Below are positions 1 to 7,984 of a stretch of 60,643 nt of DNA, one piece after another. The notes under the pieces were generated by a model. The model saw nothing but the letters and a program-made list of their open reading frames with translations. It did no database searches and had not been told where the DNA came from. Both the position numbers and the translations under genes were made by a program. Source of the stretch: an archaeon (GTDB lineage: Archaea; Thermoplasmatota; Thermoplasmata; JAJSAE01); assembly GCA_024281315.1 (NCBI GenBank), contig JAJSAE010000060.1:1-60643 (forward strand), written 5' to 3'. The number at the start of each line of letters is the position of its first letter. Position 1 is the first letter of the stretch.

Positions 1-50
1 ATTATACTCAGACCAATTTCTTATATACTTCTTCTGTATCTCCATTTCGG

Positions 51-99
51 CCATGGTGCATCCCTTCCATGGTTGGATAAGGAAGAATATGCACCATGG
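51..99. repeat. Perfect 11-bp inverted repeat (CCATGGTGCAT 51-61 / ATGCACCATGG 89-99) with an inner CTTCC (64-68) / GGAAG (81-85) pair
   Basis: Read directly. Lies between the stop of the HPS-RraA gene (139) and a possible minus-strand ATG at 54-52 whose ORF runs off the window. Confidence 0.7.
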
Positions 100-138
100 C
101 TTTATAAAAGTATTTATGCAACAGAGCACCTTTTCCGA

Positions 139-1428
139 TTACCCCACCTTTTCCCAGCGTTCCAGCGAAAGAACGGACGACAGCGTGCTTCCCCGTTTTA
201 TCTCCTCTCTCAGCCTGTTCTCTCTCTCCATGACATCAAGGGCCCTGTTCGCAATCTCCACGGCCATCTCCTGCGGAACCACCACGACTCCGCTTTCGTC
301 TCCGATTATCCAGTCCCCGGATCGAACCGGAACTCCGCCGCACGATATCTCCACGCCTATACCTCCAAAGCCCTTCGGCTCTCCCGCATTCGGAACAGCA
401 TGCCGTGAAAACAGAGGGAAATCAAGGTCAAGTATGGAATCTATATCTCTGGCAGCACCATCGATGACAACACCCTCCACGCCCCGGGTTTTGCAGGAGT
501 TGGATGCCAGTTCTCCCCATACGGCTATGTCCCCGCCACCCACATCTATGACTATCACATCTCCCGGCCCCGCTTTATCAATGGCCTCAACAGGTTTGGC
601 CCAGTCCCCATTTGCTGTAAGGACCGTGAGAGAGCGCCCCACCATCTTTATTCCGTGATTGATTCTGGGGACTATTCCGTGCATTATCCCCTTGCGGTGC
701 ATCGCATCCGATATGTTCGGAGTGGAGACCTTCATGAACGCCTCTCTTATATTCTCTTTCCCGTATTTTCTGAAGAGTTCCGTTGGGACCTCCGCCCCAT
801 CCATTGCCTCCTTTACCCGCCTTGCGGCAGCCTCCACATCCTCTGCCTTGATAATGGCCCCGCCCACTATCACTATTGCGGCCCCTGCTTCCATAACCTT
901 GGGTGCCGTTTCCGAGTTGATGCCCCCCGCAGCCGCCACCGGAATCGATACCGCATCGGCAACCTCTTTTATCAGCTTTTCAGGGGTGAGGCCGTGCATC
1001 TGCTGGTCTATACCCACATGCAGGCATATGTAATCCACACCGAGATCCTCCATCTGCTTCGCCCGTTCCGCTCTGTTTTCCACACCGATAAGGTCGGCCA
1101 TAATCTTCGTTCCGTACTTCCTTCCGACTTCTATTGCCTCCATCACCGTTTCATCGTCGGACAGGGCCATGACCGAAACGACATCGGCACCCGCCCTCGC
1201 AGCAATATCCGTCTCGAAGCCGCCCACATCCATGGTCTTCATGTCAGCCACTATTACACGGCCGGGGAACTCCTTCTTCAATCTTCTTATTATGTCCGAG
1301 CCCTCGCTTTTTATAAGGGGGGTTCCGGCTTCAATCCAGTCGGCCCCGCCTTTTGCGGCTTCTCTTGCAATCTTTATGGCTCTTTCTCCGTTCATCAGGT
1401 CAAGGGCAACCTGCAGTACCGGTTTCAT
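139..1428 (-). CDS. Bifunctional 3-hexulose-6-phosphate synthase (OMP-decarboxylase fold) / RraA-like domain protein
   Basis: 429-aa ORF. The N-terminal ~210 aa show an HPS/KGPDC-type pattern (VALD, DWIEAGTPL, ADMKTMD, HVGID, AAGGI). The C-terminal ~215 aa show an RraA/DlpA-like pattern (ISDAM, GPGDVIVID, GELAS, VVIDGAARD). Confidence 0.8.
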   Translation of the reverse strand: MKPVLQVALDLMNGERAIKIAREAAKGGADWIEAGTPLIKSEGSDIIRRLKKEFPGRVIVADMKTMDVGGFETDIAARAGADVVSVMALSDDETVMEAIEVGRKYGTKIMADLIGVENRAERAKQMEDLGVDYICLHVGIDQQMHGLTPEKLIKEVADAVSIPVAAAGGINSETAPKVMEAGAAIVIVGGAIIKAEDVEAAARRVKEAMDGAEVPTELFRKYGKENIREAFMKVSTPNISDAMHRKGIMHGIVPRINHGIKMVGRSLTVLTANGDWAKPVEAIDKAGPGDVIVIDVGGGDIAVWGELASNSCKTRGVEGVVIDGAARDIDSILDLDFPLFSRHAVPNAGEPKGFGGIGVEISCGGVPVRSGDWIIGDESGVVVVPQEMAVEIANRALDVMERENRLREEIKRGSTLSSVLSLERWEKVG

Positions 1429-1594
1429 GTAGAAGAGAAGGGGGCGGTGGGATAAATAGGTTGTGATTCGTTCAAAAAGGAAAAACGGGCCTAATAAAGC
1501 AAAAACTTTTTAAACAACCTGCTTATTGGGTGAAATCCCGATGTAGGAGAGCGTCGTTGCGCTCGCCCCATGCTCACTACTAGGAGGTAATCAT

Positions 1595-2233
1595 TTGCCT
1601 GATGAAAAAATAACAGCGGCCGTCAAAGAGGCCATAAAATCCGCAAAGCCAAGAAAATTCACGGAAACCGTGGAAATGGCCATTAATCTGAAAGAGATTG
1701 ACATGTCTATTCCTAAGAACAGAATCAAGGAGGACATCATTCTGCCCCACGGAAGAGGGAAGCCCGTGAAGGTCGCCCTTGTCTGCGGCAAGGAGATGGC
1801 CGAGAAGGCAAAGGGGGCTGCGGATCTGATTGTTCTGCCAGAGGAGCTGGAGACCTACGCAGAGGACAAGAAAAAGACCAAGCAACTGGCCAATTCCTAC
1901 GACTTCTTTATTGCGGAAGCGCCGCTCATGCCCACCATAGGTAAGGTTCTGGGTAAGGCGCTGGGTCCCAGAGGGAAGATGCCTAAGCCTCTGCCGCCTG
2001 GAAGTGACCCGAAGGGAATAATAGAAAACCTGAGAAAGACCGTTTCCCTGAATTCCAAGGATAAACTGGTGATTCATGCTCCGGTGGGCCGGACGGACAT
2101 GCCGCCGGAGAACATCACGGAGAACGTCGAAGCCATACTCAAGAGGCTTCAGAGCAGACTGGAGCGCGGAAGTTATAACATAAAATCAGCCTATGTGAAG
2201 ACCACCATGGGTCCTTCCGTGAGGATTGTGTGA
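1595..2233 (+). CDS. rpl1: 50S ribosomal protein L1 (uL1)
   Basis: 212-aa ORF with a TTG start at 1595 preceded by GGAGGT (1584-1589). First gene of the archaeal L1-P0-P1 order. Confidence 0.93.
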   Translation: MPDEKITAAVKEAIKSAKPRKFTETVEMAINLKEIDMSIPKNRIKEDIILPHGRGKPVKVALVCGKEMAEKAKGAADLIVLPEELETYAEDKKKTKQLANSYDFFIAEAPLMPTIGKVLGKALGPRGKMPKPLPPGSDPKGIIENLRKTVSLNSKDKLVIHAPVGRTDMPPENITENVEAILKRLQSRLERGSYNIKSAYVKTTMGPSVRIV

Positions 2234-2243
2234 GGTGATCTGA

Positions 2244-3263
2244 ATGGCACATGTAGCAGAATGGAAGAAGGAAACGGTTCACAGGCTCAGTGAGGTTCTT
2301 GGCTCCCACGAAACCTTCGGAATAGTCGATATTCACGGCATCAGCGCACCGCTCATTCAGAAGATGAGAAGGGAGCTGAGAGAGAACAGCAACTTCGTCA
2401 TGGCAAAGAACAAACTCATATTCATATCTCTTCAGGAGGCCCTTGAGAAGAAGGGAGAAAAAATCGATCCCGAGATGTTTGCAGAACTTATGAAGGGGAA
2501 GCAGACAGCCCTTATAGGGACAGACATGAACGCATTTAAACTCTATGCACTTATGAAAGCAACCCTCACCAATGCCCCTGCAAAGGCGGGAGATATCGCA
2601 CCCGATGATATCGTGGTGAAAAAAGGCGAGACCTCGTTCAAGCCAGGACCCATTGTGGGAGAGTTTCAGAAGGCGGGGATTCCAGCGGCCATCGAGAGCG
2701 GGAAGGTGGTCATCAAGAAGACAAAAACTCTCGTGAAGAAAGGAGAGCCCATATCGGGCGATGTGGCCCTGATGCTCACAAAACTGGAGATATATCCAAT
2801 GACCGTTGGCCTTAATCTCATAGCGGCCTACGAGGACGGAATACTCTACGAGCCCGATGTTCTGGACATAGATCAGGATAGGTTCATGCAGGACCTGCGG
2901 GGTGCGATTTCATCAGCGTTCAATCTCTCGGTCTTTGCGGCATATCCGACAAAGCTCAATATCAAGGCGCTTCTGGCGTCGGCACATACAAAGGCACTCA
3001 ACCTTGCGGTTAATGCGGAGATATTCACACCCGAAACACTGAAGATACTGATAGCAAAGGCGAACATGCAACTGCTCTCCGTGGCCTCTCAACTCTCTGA
3101 TGAAGCACTGGACGAGGAATTGAAAGAGAGGCTTACCTCTGCACCGGCGGCACCCGCCCCAGCACCAGATAACAGCAAAAATAAGGAAGAGGAGCCGGAG
3201 GAAGAGGAAGAAGAGGTCAGCGAAGATGAAGCAGCGGCAGGGCTGGGAGCCCTGTTTGGATAG
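2244..3263 (+). CDS. rplP0: 50S ribosomal protein P0 (uL10, acidic stalk protein)
   Basis: 339 aa with the archaeal P0 N-terminus (AEWKK...) and a C-terminal acidic tail ending [20 protein letters not shown], shared with the next gene. Confidence 0.93.
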   Translation: MAHVAEWKKETVHRLSEVLGSHETFGIVDIHGISAPLIQKMRRELRENSNFVMAKNKLIFISLQEALEKKGEKIDPEMFAELMKGKQTALIGTDMNAFKLYALMKATLTNAPAKAGDIAPDDIVVKKGETSFKPGPIVGEFQKAGIPAAIESGKVVIKKTKTLVKKGEPISGDVALMLTKLEIYPMTVGLNLIAAYEDGILYEPDVLDIDQDRFMQDLRGAISSAFNLSVFAAYPTKLNIKALLASAHTKALNLAVNAEIFTPETLKILIAKANMQLLSVASQLSDEALDEELKERLTSAPAAPAPAPDNSKNKEEEPEEEEEEVSEDEAAAGLGALFG

Positions 3264-3301
3264 AAAATAAGGATGAAAGAAAACAATAAGGAGGTCTGAA
3301 A

Positions 3302-3619
3302 ATGGAATATGTATACAGCGCACTGGTACTCCACGCAGCAGGAAAGGAAATAACGGAAGACGCCGTTTCGGCAGTACTGAAGGCAGCGGGCATTGAGCCG
3401 GACACCAGCAGGATAAAGGCGCTCACCGCATCCCTTGAAGGGGTGGATATCGATGAGGCCATTGCTACGGCAGTAGCGGCACCTGTGGCAGCAGCACCGG
3501 CAGCGGGAGATGCTCCGGCTGCAGACGGCGGAAGCTCTAAAGAAGAAGAAAAAGAGGAAGAAGAGGAAGAAGTTTCCGAGGAAGAGGCAGCTGCTGGACT
3601 TGGCGCACTGTTCGGCTGA
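3302..3619 (+). CDS. rpl12: 50S ribosomal protein P1 (archaeal L12 stalk protein)
   Basis: 105 aa starting [11 protein letters not shown], with an Ala/Pro hinge and the acidic tail [19 protein letters not shown] lies upstream of the ATG. Confidence 0.93.
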   Translation: MEYVYSALVLHAAGKEITEDAVSAVLKAAGIEPDTSRIKALTASLEGVDIDEAIATAVAAPVAAAPAAGDAPAADGGSSKEEEKEEEEEEVSEEEAAAGLGALFG

Positions 3620-3712
3620 ATCTGCCGGAAGGATGCTCCGGCATCGCTCCCCCTCAGATTTCCTGTTGAAAACCCATTCCCATACATTCAATGGGATACA
3701 TTACGGAAAGTC

Positions 3713-3719
3713 TTTAATA
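3713..3719 (+). promoter_or_regulatory. TATA-like box (TTTAATA) about 30 nt upstream of tRNA-Phe
   Basis: An AT-rich heptamer at the spacing expected for an archaeal promoter relative to the tRNA 5' end at 3748. Confidence 0.4.
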
Positions 3720-3747
3720 GGCCTTTGCGGATGCAACCCATGAAAAT

Positions 3748-3823
3748 GCCGCAGTAACTCAGTTGGGAGAGTGCAAGACTGAAGATCTTGAAGTCGCCGG
3801 TTCAAGTCCGGCCTGCGGCACCA
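3748..3823 (+). tRNA. tRNA-Phe (anticodon GAA), CCA encoded
   Basis: Cloverleaf folded by hand. Acceptor GCCGCAG/CTGCGGC, D stem ACTC/GAGT, anticodon stem CAAGA/TCTTG with loop CTGAAGA, T arm GCCGG-TTCAAGT-CCGGC, discriminator A then CCA. Followed by a T-run. Confidence 0.92.
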
Positions 3824-3830
3824 GTAATTT

Positions 3831-5177
3831 TTATGCCCGGTTCTTACAGCGCTCCACGGCCCTATCTACAATCTCTCCCGCCACGCCGGTGTAGTTCCTG
3901 TAGTCCATTGCCTTATCTATATCCTCTGCGGAGAGGTACTTCCTCACCTCATCGCTCACCATTAAAACATCCCTCAGGTGTGCCCCTTTTTCCACCGCTT
4001 CCATGGAGAGCTGCCGTATGAGTTCATGTGCCTCCTGCCTCCCCATCCCTGCGCCGGTGAGCGCGAGCATGACGGATTCGGCCATAATCATTCCTCTGGT
4101 GGCTTCAAGGTTCCTTATCATGTTCTCCTCGTGAACGCTCAGGTTCGAAAATACCTTAACGGCCTTCCGTATGATGTCGTCGGTGAGGATTATGGTGTAC
4201 GGGATGACGAACCTCTCGGCAGATGAGTTGGTGAGGTCCCTCTCGTGCCAGAGAACATTGTCCTCGTAGGCTGGAATTATGAAGGAGCGGATTATTCTGG
4301 CCAGACCGCAGATGTTCTCCGCTGTTATTGGATTTCTCTTATGGGCCATGGTGGAGCTACCCACCTGCTTCTTCGAGTCGAAGGCCTCGGATACCTCGGC
4401 GATTTCCGGTCTCTGAAGGTTTCGGACCTCTGTGGCGAACTTCTCAAGGCTGGTTGCGATGTTGACAAGTATGGATACCATCTCCGCATACCTGTCCCTT
4501 CCCACAAGCTGGGTGGCCGCAGTTTCGCTTTCGATTCCGAGTTCCTGCATGACCAGTTCCTGAATCTTTAAGGCATCCTTTCCATAGGACGCACCCGTGC
4601 CGACCGCACCCATCATCTTTCCAACTGCGATTCTCGGAAGGGCTGCTTCCAGCCGGATAATGTGCCTGTATATCTCCTCGGCAAAGACGGCCATCTTCAG
4701 CCCGAAGGTTACTGGCACCGCATACTGACCGTGGGTCCTGCCGAGCATTATTGTGTTTCTGTATCTCTCCGCAAGGGTGCACAGGGTTTTATGCAGTTCC
4801 TTCAGGCCGTCCAGCACGATTTCGAGGCCCTCCTTTATCTGAAGGGCGTTGGCCGTGTCTATTATGTCGTTGGATGTTGCGCCCATGTGTATGTATCTGC
4901 CGGCGGAGCCGCACTGCTCCGTGAGCGCTTTAACAACCGCCATTATATCGTGGTGTATCTCGTCCTCAATCTCCTTTACCCGCTCAACCGTCACATATCG
5001 CACATCCGCTGCCTTTGTTATGATATCCGCGTCGCTCTGCGGAATGTGGCCGAGCTTCGCGTGCGCCCTTGCAAGGGCGGCCTCCACATCAAGAAGTCTC
5101 TGCAGTCTGTTTCTCTCGTCGAATATGGCCTTGGTCTCTGGCCTTCCGTATCGGAATTCAAGCGGGCTTACCGGCAT
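3831..5177 (-). CDS. purB: Adenylosuccinate lyase
   Basis: 448 aa starting SPLEFRYGRPE. Contains the fumarate-lyase signature region GSSTMAHKRNP. Confidence 0.92.
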   Translation of the reverse strand: MPVSPLEFRYGRPETKAIFDERNRLQRLLDVEAALARAHAKLGHIPQSDADIITKAADVRYVTVERVKEIEDEIHHDIMAVVKALTEQCGSAGRYIHMGATSNDIIDTANALQIKEGLEIVLDGLKELHKTLCTLAERYRNTIMLGRTHGQYAVPVTFGLKMAVFAEEIYRHIIRLEAALPRIAVGKMMGAVGTGASYGKDALKIQELVMQELGIESETAATQLVGRDRYAEMVSILVNIATSLEKFATEVRNLQRPEIAEVSEAFDSKKQVGSSTMAHKRNPITAENICGLARIIRSFIIPAYEDNVLWHERDLTNSSAERFVIPYTIILTDDIIRKAVKVFSNLSVHEENMIRNLEATRGMIMAESVMLALTGAGMGRQEAHELIRQLSMEAVEKGAHLRDVLMVSDEVRKYLSAEDIDKAMDYRNYTGVAGEIVDRAVERCKNRA

Positions 5178-5259
5178 AGATTCACCGGAGAGGAGAGGGG
5201 GTGATGGGATTTTAAGGTTGTGGTTGGGGGGATGTGTTTTTCGGGCTGGGTCGCCACCT

Positions 5260-6180
5260 TTATTGGCTGTTTCTTCGGTATGATTGTTTTATTAGGCTGA
5301 TTATGTACTCTAAATTCTCATCATCTTTCATTTGTATTTCGTAATCACCATTGCCCCAGTGTCCAGTATTTGAAACATCTCTTGCTAAATTTTTTGGGTC
5401 ATCCAGTTCTCCGATTCTGAGATTGATCCATATTTTAATTGTTTTTTTCTGTAATTGCACATCTGTGATGTTTCTCTTAGCAACGAAACCAATATACAAT
5501 TTGGTCGGCTTAATTGTTATATTATTCCCGACATTCAAAATAGCCTCTTTGAACCTTTGATAGAGCTCTTTTACTTCATCAGGCATTCTATTTAGGTGGT
5601 CTTCTTCTGTATATACTTTGACTACTTTACTCACTTTCTCAATGGTCTTGTTTTTTCCTGAGATTGTTTTAATAGATTCCGCTGCACCTGTTGGTTGTAA
5701 ATAGACGAAGTTGACTGTATTATTGTCATATTTTGTTACTTCTAAAAGTTCAATTGGCAAATCTTTAAAATTAATTGAAGTTTTCTGATAATTGGTGAAT
5801 GAAGGGGACACAAATATCACTCTATACTGTGAGCGATCTATATCAGCTCGTTTCAGATTTTTCCCTGTTTTCTCGTTGTACTCCAATATAAAATCTGCCT
5901 CACTACTTAGCATAAACGACAAATAAGCAAAACCTTGATCAACCACACTAAAGTTCCTATCTCTCTTATATTCAATAATTGCAAAGGATTTTGACTCTGG
6001 GTCGAAAGCCAAAGTATCTATTCGGAAATTATGAATGGAGAACTCTGATTTTACCAACTCAAGTCCAAATATATTTTCAAGGTTATCCTCACATAGTTTT
6101 TGGAGCTCTTTTTCTAGTTTAAAGGGCTTCTCATGTATCTCTTTCGCTTTCCCATCTTTTTCTATCTTAAACAATGTCAT
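5260..6180 (-). CDS. PD-(D/E)xK nuclease-like protein (NucS/DUF91-like N-domain) with a DUF5655-like C-terminal domain
   Basis: 306 aa. Motif RIDTLAFD...FAIIEYK fits D...E-x-K. The gene and its promoter region are visibly AT-rich relative to both neighbours. Confidence 0.6.
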   Translation of the reverse strand: MTLFKIEKDGKAKEIHEKPFKLEKELQKLCEDNLENIFGLELVKSEFSIHNFRIDTLAFDPESKSFAIIEYKRDRNFSVVDQGFAYLSFMLSSEADFILEYNEKTGKNLKRADIDRSQYRVIFVSPSFTNYQKTSINFKDLPIELLEVTKYDNNTVNFVYLQPTGAAESIKTISGKNKTIEKVSKVVKVYTEEDHLNRMPDEVKELYQRFKEAILNVGNNITIKPTKLYIGFVAKRNITDVQLQKKTIKIWINLRIGELDDPKNLARDVSNTGHWGNGDYEIQMKDDENLEYIISLIKQSYRRNSQ

Positions 6181-6216
6181 GTCTTCACCTCTTCACAAAG
6201 AAATTAACGAGGACTT

Positions 6217-6242
6217 AGCATATTTGTTATCCCTAATATGCT
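6217..6242. promoter_or_regulatory. 8-bp perfect inverted repeat AGCATATT-N10-AATATGCT upstream of the AT-rich nuclease-like gene
   Basis: Read directly. Lies 37-62 nt upstream of the minus-strand start at 6180. Confidence 0.4.
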
Positions 6243-6300
6243 TATTTCCCTCATCAAACCCCCTATCCCTTTCAACTATTTAACCCTTTCACCGCCACCC

Positions 6301-7353
6301 TCACGGCCGCCTCCTCACCAGCTTCAGGTATTCTATCCCATCTTCCCCCTTCCGCGCGAACAGTATCTCCTTTCTTACGCCGTGGGCCAGTCTTACCGCC
6401 CTGCTCATCTCCGGCCACAGCCCCCTGTACCCTTTTTCAAAGCAGTGAACCAGATAGCGCGCGTGGTGCCTTTCCGGGTCCCCTTCGTAGGCCCTGAAGT
6501 GTGTTCCGTACTTGAAGCCTGTCTTTGTGATAAGTCCCCTCTCTTTCAGGTCCCTGTAGACCTCCATTCTCGTGGAGAAATCCGGCTGTATCCTCTTTGC
6601 CAGCGTTATCATGGATTTCAGGGAGACCTTTCGGCCCGTGGAAAACCTCCTCACCGTGCAGACCCCCTGCTCCATGAGGTATGTGCTCTCTATGAGCGAT
6701 AACTGCAGGTATGGACCTACGCTCTTGCCGAAGAACCCTTTCTCCGTGAGAGCGGCGATGTGTTCCTCCTCCAGAACCGCCACCCTGTCCTCGCTCAGAT
6801 ACCCGACCGCCTCGGTATCGGGGTGCGGAACGCTCTTCCCCTTCGGTCTGGCCATGCCGGATTCGTAGTATGTGAGGTCCCCCTCCTCGTCCACTATGGC
6901 TATGAGCAGCCTCTTTCTCAGCTCCTCCGCCCTCCGGGTTAGCTTTATAACGGCATCGAGGTCGAACACCGCTCGTTCGGAGAATGCGGCGAGCCAGTAC
7001 TTTGTGGGTGTCTTTGTGGGGCTCCCTCCCCTCGGCAGAACCCTGAAATCGAACGGCGGACTTCCATCCTTCACTATATAACCTCTCTGCCTCATGTCCC
7101 TGTAAACCGTGTAGTATATCTCGAAGGACGGAATGTTCGCGCTGGCGTACTCCAGAACGTCGCGGAACCCTATTTCCTTTCCCTCTCTCTCCACCTCTAT
7201 CCTTCCGGATTCCAGAAGGTACAGGGTTTCCAGAAGGTTGAGCTTCAGGCCGCCTCCGGACTGCGGGGTGCCGTAGTATCCCCTGTTGTATATCCTGCTC
7301 CCTTCCTTCTCGTCATCTACGAGAACACTGTTATCCATTAGTACGCCTGCCAT
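6301..7353 (-). CDS. endA: tRNA-splicing endonuclease, duplicated (two-unit) type
   Basis: 350 aa with two tandem EndA-like halves. The C-terminal half carries the catalytic-type pattern (GFKYGTHFRAYEGDPERHHARYLV). Confidence 0.85.
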   Translation of the reverse strand: MAGVLMDNSVLVDDEKEGSRIYNRGYYGTPQSGGGLKLNLLETLYLLESGRIEVEREGKEIGFRDVLEYASANIPSFEIYYTVYRDMRQRGYIVKDGSPPFDFRVLPRGGSPTKTPTKYWLAAFSERAVFDLDAVIKLTRRAEELRKRLLIAIVDEEGDLTYYESGMARPKGKSVPHPDTEAVGYLSEDRVAVLEEEHIAALTEKGFFGKSVGPYLQLSLIESTYLMEQGVCTVRRFSTGRKVSLKSMITLAKRIQPDFSTRMEVYRDLKERGLITKTGFKYGTHFRAYEGDPERHHARYLVHCFEKGYRGLWPEMSRAVRLAHGVRKEILFARKGEDGIEYLKLVRRRP

Positions 7354-7387
7354 TGGTGGGGAAAAGAAAAGGGAGTATAAAAAGGGT

Positions 7388-7984
7388 TTACCGGTTCATC
7401 ACCGTACTATAGCCCAGTTCGAAGGCTTTTATGTTCAGGTCCACCACCTTGGGGGGTACACTCTGCTTCACCGCCTCCAGCATCTCCTCCTTCGTGAAGG
7501 GAAGGCCTTCCACCGCGGAGAGTGCACCTATCATCACCACATTTGCGGCTATTGCAGCCCCTGCCTCCTCGGCCAGTTCCGTTGCGTTGAGGGTTATGGT
7601 CTTCGGGAAATGCGCCTTAATCTCTGCAACCATCTCATCTATGGACGGGTATTTCTGCTTCCCGAGGGAGACATATATCGGTACCATGGGGTTCAGGTTC
7701 ATTAGGACCGTTCCCCCTTTCTTGAGTCTCCTTATCCCGCGGTATGTCTCCACCGGCTCGAAGCCGAAGAGTATGTCCGCGCTCCCGTCTGATATGAGAG
7801 GGCTGTATGCATCTCCGAGCCTGACAGATGTGACCACCACACCCCCCCTCTGGGCCATGCCGTGCACCTCGCTCATTATCACATTTATGTCCTTATTAAG
7901 TGCGGCCCGTCCGAGGATCTTGGAGGCCAGAAGGATTCCCTGACCGCCCACGCCAACCATCTCGATGCTCATGCTTCCCTTCAT
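7388..7984 (-). CDS. iorB: Indolepyruvate:ferredoxin oxidoreductase subunit beta
   Basis: 198 aa with VGVGGQGILLAS...MAQRGG. Overlaps iorA by 4 nt. Confidence 0.85.
   Translation of the reverse strand: MKGSMSIEMVGVGGQGILLASKILGRAALNKDINVIMSEVHGMAQRGGVVVTSVRLGDAYSPLISDGSADILFGFEPVETYRGIRRLKKGGTVLMNLNPMVPIYVSLGKQKYPSIDEMVAEIKAHFPKTITLNATELAEEAGAAIAANVVMIGALSAVEGLPFTKEEMLEAVKQSVPPKVVDLNIKAFELGYSTVMNR

Noticed and set aside
53-1455. Plus-strand ORFs 53-658, 73-408, 655-1455, 659-1033 and 1169-1432
   Set aside because: They lie antisense to, and entirely within, the well-supported HPS-RraA gene. They have low-complexity, Ser/Pro/Arg-rich composition typical of shadow ORFs.
3623-3643. Hairpin TGCCGGA-aggatgc-TCCGGCA after rpl12 as a terminator
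   Set aside because: It is not followed by an oligo-T tract, which is the usual archaeal termination signal. It may be incidental.
5245-6301. Short direct repeat (CGCCACC) flanking the AT-rich nuclease-like gene as a target-site duplication
   Set aside because: A 7-bp GC-rich match is expected by chance in this genome. No terminal inverted repeats or transposase are present.
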